64,000 nt of DNA from Bryobacterales bacterium. Its GTDB lineage: Bacteria; Acidobacteriota; Terriglobia; Bryobacterales; UBA6623. Below are positions 47,651-55,687 of the stretch, piece by piece. Position 1 is the first letter of the stretch, and each line of letters opens with the position of its first letter. Location: NCBI GenBank assembly GCA_963422375.2, contig OY729427.2:6430-70429 (forward strand). The letters are read 5' to 3'. The position numbers and the translations under genes are program-made. The notes under the pieces were generated by a model that was not told where the DNA came from, ran no database searches, and saw nothing but the letters and a program-made list of their open reading frames with translations.

Positions 47651-48030
47651 GTCAAGTCCTGAAGCAAGGACATCTAGGTTGTAGATTCCGACTTCCCAAT
47701 TCATATTCTGAATGAATCGTTCGCTCCTTCCTAAGAATTCGACTTGTGCATTGGGCGGCTCCACAACGCTCGCCAGGTTCCGGAGCTTGACCAGGACACG
47801 GACCTCGTCATGGAAGCGGCGCACTCCATCCTCGTATGACTCCGTCCAAGCCAGGCCTCGCGGGCACATTGCAGAATGGTCTCCCAGCGCCGGCTCCGTT
47901 GGCATATACTCCTTGATCTCCACGGTATCTCCCAGCCTGTCGTGACGCGCACGATCCCGAAACCGCCCTGCCCGATCAGTCGGAGCAAGGTGTACCCGTG
48001 CAGGGATGTGCCGGGGCTTAGCGTGTCCTG
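47651..48030 (-). pseudogene. N-terminal fragment of a Ser/Thr protein kinase, frameshifted and truncated by ISKra4 copy C
   Basis: ...LSPGTSLHGYTLLRLIGQGGFGIV (Gly-rich loop), then in another frame VEIKEYMPTEPA...FHDEVRVLVKLRN... The GC content is lower than the surroundings. Confidence 0.45.
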
Positions 48031-48246
48031 AGGTATATCGCTGTTAGCGCTGGTCCTCGTTGTCTCGGTCGCGCGCCCCGAAGTGCCAGTTCGAGGATGG
48101 CCGCTACGCAACCAAGACCGTGACTCTCGGGTGTCCGGCAGGCTCGTGCCCGGCGGACGCATCTGCTCGCAGAGTTGATCTGACCTAGCGGCTGGAGAGC
48201 TCGCGCACGCTTGATCGTCATGCGCCGGACTAATTCTAGCCGGCGG

Positions 48247-49980
48247 CCAGCGATTCTCAATTTGGGCATTTGGGGATTTCCAGAGTGTCTGAGAAAGGTG
48301 TCGAAAGCAGTCTGGCACTTGACTTTTCCTTGCGGAATTTGTGAGCTAGGGTGTATGCCCCATGTCCTGGACTCGCTGCCGAGCGCCTTCCGCGAGACGG
48401 CCGCCGGCCGGCCCGACCGACGCGACGGTCGCAGCAACAAGCGCTACGAGGTCAGCGACGCCGCCGGTTGCGCCCTGGTGCGCCCCGGCCTGCTTCTGCA
48501 CCCGGTGCGAGTCGTTCCTCGCGTTCCAGCGGCGCATGGAGCGGGACGGCTCCCGCTCCAACTGCCGGACCCTGTTCGGCGTGGGCCGCATCCCCTGCGA
48601 CAACCGGATCCGCAACTTGCTCGACGACCTCGACCCGGCCGCGTTCGACCCGCTGTTCCGGCCGTGCCTCGCAACCGTGGCCGCGCAGGGCGCGCTCGAG
48701 CCCTTCCAGCGCCTCGACGAGCGCCTGCCGGCGGCTCCGGACGGCGTCCGGTTCCACCGCTCCGACAGGGTGCATTGCCCGCAGTGCTCGGTGCGGCGCG
48801 TCGGCAGCGAGCGCCGGCCGCATCACTTCCACGCCATGGTCGCGGCCACCGCGGTGGCCGACGGCCACGCCACGGTCCTGCCGCTGATGCCCGAGTTCGC
48901 GTGCCCGCAGCAGGACGCGGCCGCGACCCGCGCCGACCTGAGCGAGGACGAGCGCAAGCGGGACTGCGAGCGCAACGCCGCCAAGCGCTGGCTCGCCGCT
49001 CAGGGCGCCTGGCTGCAGGCCTGCCGCCCCGTCCTGCCGGGGGACGACCTGTCCTGCTGCCAGCCGGTCTGCGAGGCCGCCGCGGCGGCCGGCATGGACT
49101 GCATCCGGGTAGGCAAGCCCGGATCCCGCAAGCACTTGCACGAGGTGCCGGAGAGCCGGCGGGGGAGCGGCGCGGTGCGCTCGACCGGCTGGCTGCCGCG
49201 GCGCGGGAAGGGCAAGCGATCCGAGCGGCACCGTTTCCGCCGGACGGCCGCGGTGCCCCTGCGCCAGGGCCGCGACGCCCTGCAGGGCACTTGGCTCGAG
49301 TACGCCGTGGAGCGCGATGGCAAGCGCACCTGCGCCAACAGCTTCTTCACCGGTCTCGCGGTCACCGCGGACAACGCGGAGCGGATCGCGCGCGCCGGCC
49401 GGGCGCGCTGGAAGATCGAGAACGGGGGCTTCAACTGCCTGGCGCGGCACGGCCGCAACTTCAAGCGCAACTTCGGGCACGGCAAGGAAGGGCTGGCCAA
49501 CGTGCCGGCCGTGCCGAACCTGTTCGCCTTCGCGCTCCGCGCCGTGCTGCAGTGCGTCTGCGCGCTGTGGCAGCAGTGCCGGCGCCAGCCGGTCACGCGC
49601 CGCGCCCTGTTCCGGGAGCTGCAGGTCGCGCTGCGCTGGTTCCGCTTCCCGGACCGGCCGACGCTGCTGGCGGCGGTGCGCGCCGGACGCGCGCCTCCGG
49701 GCTGCCAGCCGGCCAGGCGGCCGGGGCCTGGACTCCGCGCAGTCTCGTGCCGGCAGCGTCCGGCCAGCGGCCGGCCGTCAAAGCCGGCTACCGCCGGAGT
49801 GCGTCCGGTCGCGGGCTCGGCACTCGGCGGACCCGCGACGCGGGCCGCGCCACGGCCCTGCCCGCCGTCCGACGCTCCCGCGGGCGGCCTCGGGAGCGCA
49901 ACCTCTCGGTCAACTGATTCACCTCATCCTCCGAAACAACCTTCACGCACCCCCTTGACGGCCAAATTTAGAACCGCTGG
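48247..49980 (+). mobile_element. ISKra4-like IS, copy D (longest copy)
   Basis: IRL is CCAGCGATTCTCAATTTGGGC and IRR is GGCCAAATTTAGAACCGCTGG. There is no direct repeat of its own flanks: the left flank is ...GCCGGCGG and the right is CGAGCAGT. Confidence 0.8.
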
Positions 49981-49990
49981 CGAGCAGTAA
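48362..49990 (+). CDS. ISKra4-like DDE transposase (copy D), main frame; true N-terminus MPHVLDSLPSAFRET... starts at 48355 in another frame
   Basis: ...ESFLAFQRRMERDGSRSNCRTLFGVGRIPCDNRIRNLLDDLDP...RVHCPQCSVR...DCERNAAKRWLAA...RARWKIENGGFNCLARHGRNFKRNFGHGKEGLANVPAVPNLFAFALRAVL... The low-complexity tail reads 10 nt past the IS end because of an 8-bp insertion relative to copies A and B. Confidence 0.7.
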   Translation: MSWTRCRAPSARRPPAGPTDATVAATSATRSATPPVAPWCAPACFCTRCESFLAFQRRMERDGSRSNCRTLFGVGRIPCDNRIRNLLDDLDPAAFDPLFRPCLATVAAQGALEPFQRLDERLPAAPDGVRFHRSDRVHCPQCSVRRVGSERRPHHFHAMVAATAVADGHATVLPLMPEFACPQQDAAATRADLSEDERKRDCERNAAKRWLAAQGAWLQACRPVLPGDDLSCCQPVCEAAAAAGMDCIRVGKPGSRKHLHEVPESRRGSGAVRSTGWLPRRGKGKRSERHRFRRTAAVPLRQGRDALQGTWLEYAVERDGKRTCANSFFTGLAVTADNAERIARAGRARWKIENGGFNCLARHGRNFKRNFGHGKEGLANVPAVPNLFAFALRAVLQCVCALWQQCRRQPVTRRALFRELQVALRWFRFPDRPTLLAAVRAGRAPPGCQPARRPGPGLRAVSCRQRPASGRPSKPATAGVRPVAGSALGGPATRAAPRPCPPSDAPAGGLGSATSRSTDSPHPPKQPSRTPLTAKFRTAGEQ

Positions 49991-50233
49991 TATGCTGTGG
50001 GGCCGCTCGGCCAGCTGCTGCCTCACGTCGTCGTTCGAACCGGATGACTCCGCGACGTAAAGGCGTCCTAGGTCATCCATGTCGATGATCATCGGGCGCT
50101 CGACGAGGGGCGGGCCCGCGACCAGCTCGATTTCGAAGCCGTCCGGAACGGCGATGCCCTCGGTGCCTCTCGGCGGGCCGCAGCCCCATGCCCAGGCGAG
50201 GAGGGTGACAGCGGAAACGTTGCGGAGATTCAT
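49981..50233 (-). pseudogene. 5' end (84 codons) of the PVC-type heme-binding gene, separated from its body by the composite transposon
   Basis: MNLRNVSAVTLLAWAWGCGPPRGTEGIAVPDGFEIELVAGPPLVERPMIIDMDDLGRLYVAESSGSNDDVRQQLAERPHSILLLE|, which continues in frame at 41456 as DLDDDGRYDRR... Confidence 0.75.
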
Positions 50234-50628
50234 GGCGGGGCCTTCGAGGGGACGTGCCGGACGCACAGAGGCGAGGCGGGACGTTCGGCCGTTCTCGGTC
50301 GGCAACCATGCTAGCGCCATCCAAGCCATGGTGCGTTCCGAGGCAGGTAGCCAGGAGCAGGGACCTTTCTGGGCCGCCCGGGGCGCACCTGGGGCTGTTC
50401 GTGGGGAATGGCTTCCCAGCGAAAATGGAATTCGTTCGCAATTCGCATGAACTTCGTCGAGAGACCCTCCGGCCAATCTCTGGATCAGTCGTCGATCCCT
50501 CGAAAAAAGGAATAATATTCGAAAATATCTGGCAATTCCGCTTGACACCCGAGAGAATCCGTGCGAATCTGACAAGGAGGCAGCATTCAGCTGATCGGAA
50601 AGGGCCCTAGCCTGTCGGGAGAGTCAAT

Positions 50629-51210
50629 ATGAATTTCAGCGAAGACACTTCTACTCTATTGCGAACATTGCTGATCGCTGGCTTCGCGGCGGGGATGATC
50701 GCCAAGGTCTGCCGCGAATGCGGCGCGGAGGCGCTGCGCCAGCGCCTCTACGTTCTCGACGCGGAGCTGTTCGAGTTCGCACGTCTGGGACACATCGGGA
50801 CCCGGAGCCCTGCCTACGCGATGCTGCGTGACAGCATCCGGAGCATGATTCGCTACTCGCGGCGGATCAGCCTGACCAGGCTCCTGCTCATCAGATTCCT
50901 AGGACCGCTGGCCGCCGGTCGGCGGGTGGAGCCCGGCCGCACCCTCGAGTCGCACCGGTCGAACTGGAGGCAGGCGCTGGGCCAAGTGGAATGCGCCGCG
51001 GTCCGCAAGGACCTTGCGGAGCTTCGCGAGCGCCTCCTGATCGAGGTCGGTGCGCATGTAGCCGTCGGAGCGATTCCTCTCGCACGGCAGGTGTTCGCCC
51101 TAGTCTCGCTGGTCCCGTCGTTCCGGAGCTTCCGGCGACTCGCCCTGCGCAACGCCGGCTTGGTCGAGGTCCTTGCACGGTCTTCCGAGAGACTGCCCGC
51201 CACTGCTTAG
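50629..51210 (+). CDS. Hypothetical protein (N-terminal TM), lower-GC islet
   Basis: A 193-aa ORF with normal composition and an AT-richer 5' region. No recognisable motif. Confidence 0.5.
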   Translation: MNFSEDTSTLLRTLLIAGFAAGMIAKVCRECGAEALRQRLYVLDAELFEFARLGHIGTRSPAYAMLRDSIRSMIRYSRRISLTRLLLIRFLGPLAAGRRVEPGRTLESHRSNWRQALGQVECAAVRKDLAELRERLLIEVGAHVAVGAIPLARQVFALVSLVPSFRSFRRLALRNAGLVEVLARSSERLPATA

Positions 51211-51824
51211 TCCGTGGGCACTGGCACCGTCCGGCATCTAGGTCACTTCGCCTCGCGAGCCCACGCATCAAGGCGCCCCCGGCGCGACGGGCACCTGTGT
51301 CCGCGGGTTCTCGTGGAAGGCCGCGGGACACGGCCGGCAACTTGGACTCACGTCCAAGAACCGCATACCAGACCCGCAGCCGAGCTACGGCGCACGATTC
51401 CGACAGGCCTTGTCCCGGAGCCCTGCGACGACGTGCGATGAGCCGGACGGCGGCAAGCTCCGGCCCAAGCACCCGGTGCCCTTGGCGCACGGAACATGAT
51501 CGGTTTCTCGGTGTTCCGGTGACCCCGCCGTTGCCTACAGAGTGTTCCGCGACCTCCCAGTGGGGCATCGAGGATACGCGATTCGCGCCACGTCAATTCG
51601 TGTATCTAGAGATCTCCGATCTAGATCTGAAAAATCACTCCATAAGTTCAAATCGGAAATGCTGACTTTTGTCAAGTAGAGGCATTCGCGCTCGGTGGGT
51701 GCAACTCCGAATGCACCAGCACTCGTGATGCGCACCTTCTCGATCATGGCCAATTGCGCTTGACTTAATGGCATTAGAACAATCGCGACTGACTGCCTAC
51801 AGGGAGAAACTTCGACTCGACCAT

Positions 51825-52778
51825 TTAAGTGACTCTTCGCAGGACAGGACTCATTCCATTTGAGAGCGTCGGCAGGAAAGTCAACAAGTCCCCCGCCATG
51901 TCACGAGGGCGCACCGTCGCTAGGACCCTAATCAGTCCCTTGGCGATAACTTCCGCAAGCCTTGAAGGAAAAGCATTCCCAATTAGATGCGATTGTTCTG
52001 TTCTTGATCCAAGAAACTCGAATACGTCTGGAAACGTCTGAAGCCGCGCACACTCACGCAACGTGAGAAACCGATCAAGGGAAGGATGGGCAAACTCTCC
52101 GACGGCACCGGCTGTGATTGCCTTCGACGGCTCGTCCGGATGCAGTCGGCGCAGTCCGCCAGGAGCACCGCCGCGACGCTCGCTGGGCGTCCCATCCATG
52201 ACTCTCCGGTTCGAGCGACGGCGAAAACTCACGTGCCATTGCCACTCGGGCAAGTCCTTCATCGTTTGGCCGGGCAACAGCGTACGGATCCTGGCGACCC
52301 GCTCTGACCCGACGTCACCGACAAAGTGTGCCTGTGGCACTCCCGACATTGATTCACTTGGCAGAGGGAGGTCGCCAATCGCACTCTCCACGGTCCCGGT
52401 AGGCGAGAGATGAGGTCCTTGCACACGTGCGCCCGGAACTCCGAACGCACTATGCGTTACATCCGGAAACCCTGGATCGAAGCCCAGCCCACCGATGGCG
52501 AGAACCCGCTTCCGATGCTGGGGCACTCCGTAATTGGCAGCGTTGATCTTGCGAAGATGCACTCGATAGCCCGCGACAATCACGGGCCGCAATAAGTCTT
52601 CCACATGACTTCCATCGTCGCCAGTCAGGAATCCCTCCACGTTCTCAAATACAAAAGCGGGCGGTCGCACGTTGCACACTATCGCAGCAAACGCCGCTAC
52701 CAGCGAATTCTGTCGATCACTAGGTCGACGCAGACCCGCCGACAAAAATCCTTGGCACGGAGGCCCGCCCACGACCAA
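51825..52778 (-). CDS. DNA (cytosine-5)-methyltransferase, motifs IV-X; the 5' third (to ~53030) appears frameshifted/degenerate
   Basis: Motifs present: VVGGPPCQGF (IV), FVFENVEGF (VI), QHRKRVLAIG (VIII), TLRECARLQTFPD and IGNAFP (IX/X). The upstream frames give only a degenerate motif I (FLAIASGVAAC instead of F.G.GG), split over two further frames. Confidence 0.75.
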   Translation of the reverse strand: MVVGGPPCQGFLSAGLRRPSDRQNSLVAAFAAIVCNVRPPAFVFENVEGFLTGDDGSHVEDLLRPVIVAGYRVHLRKINAANYGVPQHRKRVLAIGGLGFDPGFPDVTHSAFGVPGARVQGPHLSPTGTVESAIGDLPLPSESMSGVPQAHFVGDVGSERVARIRTLLPGQTMKDLPEWQWHVSFRRRSNRRVMDGTPSERRGGAPGGLRRLHPDEPSKAITAGAVGEFAHPSLDRFLTLRECARLQTFPDVFEFLGSRTEQSHLIGNAFPSRLAEVIAKGLIRVLATVRPRDMAGDLLTFLPTLSNGMSPVLRRVT

Positions 52779-53314
52779 GCTCGGGCGTGCAATGGAAGTA
52801 TTCGACTCGGTGGTCCGGCGGTTTCAACCGCCTTCCCCTTCCCCCGTAATTGTACATGCTCACGCATCAGGACTTCAGCCGTCGTCCGACTGGTCTGTCG
52901 CGAAATCAGAGGCGCAAGCGCTACCCCCGGCTGGAAGTCCCACAGCTGCCCCGCCCGGATGCAGGCAGCAGGCTGCCACGCCGCTGGCGATAGCAAGGAA
53001 TTGACAGTCCCGCAACCAAGACAGGTTAGCAACTCCTAGAAGAGTCCCGGCGGACGGTCCGGATGCGGATGGATTCCGTGCTGCTAGGGGTCCGCTCGGA
53101 CGCATTGGACCGCCTTCGGCCGAATGTAGCCAGACCCGACCCGATCGGCAGGGCGCATTCGTCGGTCCTCGGGTGACGACGAGAATTGGAACCAACTGCA
53201 GTTGCCCCGGGATCTGTAACTCATTGCGAAATTGCAGTGTTCCGGGGTGTACAGTGCCCGCGACCTCGGGATGTCGGTGGCATAGAGCGGAGATGGTATC
53301 TTAGCTTCGCAGGA

Positions 53315-54307
53315 ATGACTTCTCGCATAGCGCTGCGGCTTGCAGCAATCCTCGCCGCGCTGGCCTCTCTGGCGGCCCATTCCGGCGGCCAAGCGCCCGA
53401 GCGACCCCGCCCGGTCCGGAACGACGTGCCGCGCGAGGGGACGGAACTGCTGGTGTTCCGCCACCAGAAGCTCCACAAGGGAGGTCACGAGGCCTACTTT
53501 CGCTTGAGTCGCCAAGGGGTCTGGCCTTGGTTCGAGAAAATCGGAAGCCGCATCGTGGGCCAGTGGAAGGTGATCAATCCGGACGGCTCGGACGAGGATC
53601 CCGAATTCGACCACGGATACCGCCTCGCGCGCTACGCGAGCTACCAGCACTGGAAGGCAACCCGGCAGGGCCACATGCTGCTCGGCGGGAACGGTCCCGA
53701 CTACCAGCGCAGCCGCGAGGCACTGCGTGCGCGAAGCCACTACGCCGCAGACTCCGACGGGGCGCACTTTCTCGAAGGCGCAACGGCGTCCGCCAAGGTC
53801 TACTACATGCCGGCCCTCAAAGAGTCCTACGCCCCGGTCGAGGCGATGTCGCAGCGCCCTCCACGCCCGGTTCGCAACGACGTGAACTGGCCGGCCCCCG
53901 AAATCGTCGTCTTGGACCGCTGGAGGGTCGACAAGACCTCGGCGGATGAGTTGATCCGCTCCGGCACCGAGAGCATCTGGCCGTACCTAGAGAAGGTCGG
54001 AGCCAGGATCGTAGGCCAGTGGAAGGCGGTATACCCGGCCGAGAGCGGCTTCGCGGAAAGCGACGACTACGACGAGGTCTTCCTGATGGTCCGCTACGCG
54101 GGCTTCGAGCACTGGAAGGCCGCTCGGCCAGACCAGATCGCCGCGATGGGCGGCGACGGCCCGGACTACGAGGCTTTCAGGAACGCCTTGGCGCACCTCG
54201 AGCAAGTCACCCGGGGCAGATCGGTGACCTTTCTCCAAGGCTACATGTACAACAGCCCGCCGAAGTTCCTGCCGGGCCTTCGCGAGGCGTACCGGCCAGC
54301 CGAGTGA
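53315..54307 (+). CDS. Secreted protein with two NIPSNAP-like domains
   Basis: The signal peptide is MTSRIALRLAAILAALASLAAHSGG. It contains an internal duplication (PRPVRNDV...VWPWFEKIGSRIVGQWKV...ARYASYQHWKATR and PRPVRNDV...IWPYLEKVGARIVGQWKA...VRYAGFEHWKAAR). Confidence 0.65.
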   Translation: MTSRIALRLAAILAALASLAAHSGGQAPERPRPVRNDVPREGTELLVFRHQKLHKGGHEAYFRLSRQGVWPWFEKIGSRIVGQWKVINPDGSDEDPEFDHGYRLARYASYQHWKATRQGHMLLGGNGPDYQRSREALRARSHYAADSDGAHFLEGATASAKVYYMPALKESYAPVEAMSQRPPRPVRNDVNWPAPEIVVLDRWRVDKTSADELIRSGTESIWPYLEKVGARIVGQWKAVYPAESGFAESDDYDEVFLMVRYAGFEHWKAARPDQIAAMGGDGPDYEAFRNALAHLEQVTRGRSVTFLQGYMYNSPPKFLPGLREAYRPAE

Positions 54308-54350
54308 GAAGTCGCATGAACCGAGGCCGACCACAGCGACCGAGTCGCGC

Positions 54351-55676
54351 CTAGATGCGTTCCAAGCGCGTGTCGGAGTCCCCGAAGCGGTCGAGTCGCA
54401 CGCCCATCCTGTCCATGAGCGACAGGTATAGGCTGCACATCTTGCGACTCTCGTCCGACTCGTCCAAGTAGCTCAGCGTCCGGCCCGTCTCGAGTGCCCC
54501 GCCCATCCCGCCGGCCAGCACCACCGGGAGCCGCGAGTTGTCGTGCAGGCGCCCTATCCACATGTTCGAGAGGAACATCAGGCACGAGTTGTCCAGCACG
54601 GTCCCCTCGCCTTCGGGCATCCGGTCCAGCTTCGCCGCGAGATAGGCGAACTGGCCGAGGTGGAAGCGCGTGATGCGCTCGTATCCCGGCGAGAGGTTGT
54701 CGTGCGACGCCGCGTGATGCCCCTTCCGGACCTCTAGGAACGGATAGTAGAGCGCGGAGAGATCGCGTGCCAGGATCAGCGACGCGACCCGCGTGCGGTC
54801 CGTCTGCAGGGCGATGGCGACGATGTCGCACATCAGCCGGGCATGGTCGCGCAAGTCTTCAGGCAGGCCCTCCGGTGGCCGATCCATGCTCGCGGTGTGC
54901 TGGTCCCGCGGAGCGTCCAGGGCCTTGTCCGCCCCCTTCCTCAGCGCCGCAACCCGCTGCTCCACCTCGCGCACGCTAGTGAGATACTCGTCCAGCTTCG
55001 CCTTGTCGTCCGAGCTGACCCGCTTGCTCAGGGCCTCGGCGCGGTCCTTCGCCCGGTCAAGGACGCTGATGTTGCGCAGGCTGCCGCGGTTCTCGAAGAG
55101 GTTGTCGAACGCGAGGGCCGGATACACCTCCACGGGCACCGGCGAGTCCGCTGTGCGCCACGAGATGTGCGAGCTGTAGGCCATCGAGAAGTTGGTCTCG
55201 TGGTACCCGGTCATCGGCTGCTCGCAGGCGAGCACCAAGCTGGACAGCGGAGTGTCCGTACCGACTTGGCCGGCGATCATTTGATCAACGGAGACGCCGG
55301 ACTTGATAATCGCTCCCTTCTTGATCTCCGCGCCTGAAAGCAGGCTGCCGGTCTGCGCCGGATGGATCCCTTGGCCTGTCGCGGCCTTGTTGAACAGCCC
55401 GTCGATGACATTGATCTTGTGCTTGAGCGGTTCGAGCACCGACAGGGTCTTGGACAGGCTCATGGCGGGGCCGTCGCCCTCCGCGCTCCAATGGTCCTCG
55501 TTGACCCCGTTGCCCATGAAGACTACCCCGAAGCGCTGCGGGAACGCCGCCTGCGACGAGCCGTTGCCGAACGCCGGGAAGGACTCTAGCCATGGCAAGG
55601 CGATGCTGACTCCCGCGCCGCGCAGGACGGTGCGCCGCGAGACGCGGCGCGAGGGTCGCTGCTGGAACTCTGTCAT
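54351..55676 (-). CDS. DUF1552 domain protein (Tat-type signal)
   Basis: MTEFQQRPSRRVSRRTVLRGAGVSIALPWLESF... It begins 11 nt downstream of the DUF1592-family gene, which is the typical gene pair. Confidence 0.85.
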   Translation of the reverse strand: MTEFQQRPSRRVSRRTVLRGAGVSIALPWLESFPAFGNGSSQAAFPQRFGVVFMGNGVNEDHWSAEGDGPAMSLSKTLSVLEPLKHKINVIDGLFNKAATGQGIHPAQTGSLLSGAEIKKGAIIKSGVSVDQMIAGQVGTDTPLSSLVLACEQPMTGYHETNFSMAYSSHISWRTADSPVPVEVYPALAFDNLFENRGSLRNISVLDRAKDRAEALSKRVSSDDKAKLDEYLTSVREVEQRVAALRKGADKALDAPRDQHTASMDRPPEGLPEDLRDHARLMCDIVAIALQTDRTRVASLILARDLSALYYPFLEVRKGHHAASHDNLSPGYERITRFHLGQFAYLAAKLDRMPEGEGTVLDNSCLMFLSNMWIGRLHDNSRLPVVLAGGMGGALETGRTLSYLDESDESRKMCSLYLSLMDRMGVRLDRFGDSDTRLERI

Positions 55677-55687
55677 TTGCGGTCTCC

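Larger units (their letters stand above)
41465..49980. mobile_element. 8.5-kb composite transposon bounded by inverted ISKra4-like copies B and D
   Basis: The outer ends are both IRR-type (CAGCGATTCTAAATTTGGCC... and ...GGCCAAATTTAGAACCGCTGG). A perfect 8-bp direct repeat CGAGCAGT sits at 41457..41464 and 49981..49988. Joining the flanks restores an in-frame host ORF. Confidence 0.65.

Noticed and set aside
31681-49980. Repeated ~1.6-1.7-kb blocks as a possible CRISPR or other array
   Set aside because: The repeats are full-length IS copies with terminal inverted repeats and transposase remnants. There is no short repeat-spacer periodicity.
48247-49980. Explaining the matching 8-mers at 41457 and 49981 by an inversion between copies B and D
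   Set aside because: Recombination between inverted copies would place the duplicated 8-mer in reverse-complement orientation at non-equivalent ends. Here it is direct and sits at the two outer IRR ends, which fits composite transposition instead.
50535-50575. TTGACA-containing stretch upstream of the 193-aa gene as a promoter
   Set aside because: No acceptable -10 hexamer lies at 16-19 nt (the best is GAATCT), so it is too weak to call.
51535-51774. 79-aa ORF downstream of the methyltransferase as a Vsr or restriction endonuclease
   Set aside because: There is no Vsr or nuclease motif that I can recognise, so it is mentioned only as a possible remnant in the R-M islet finding.
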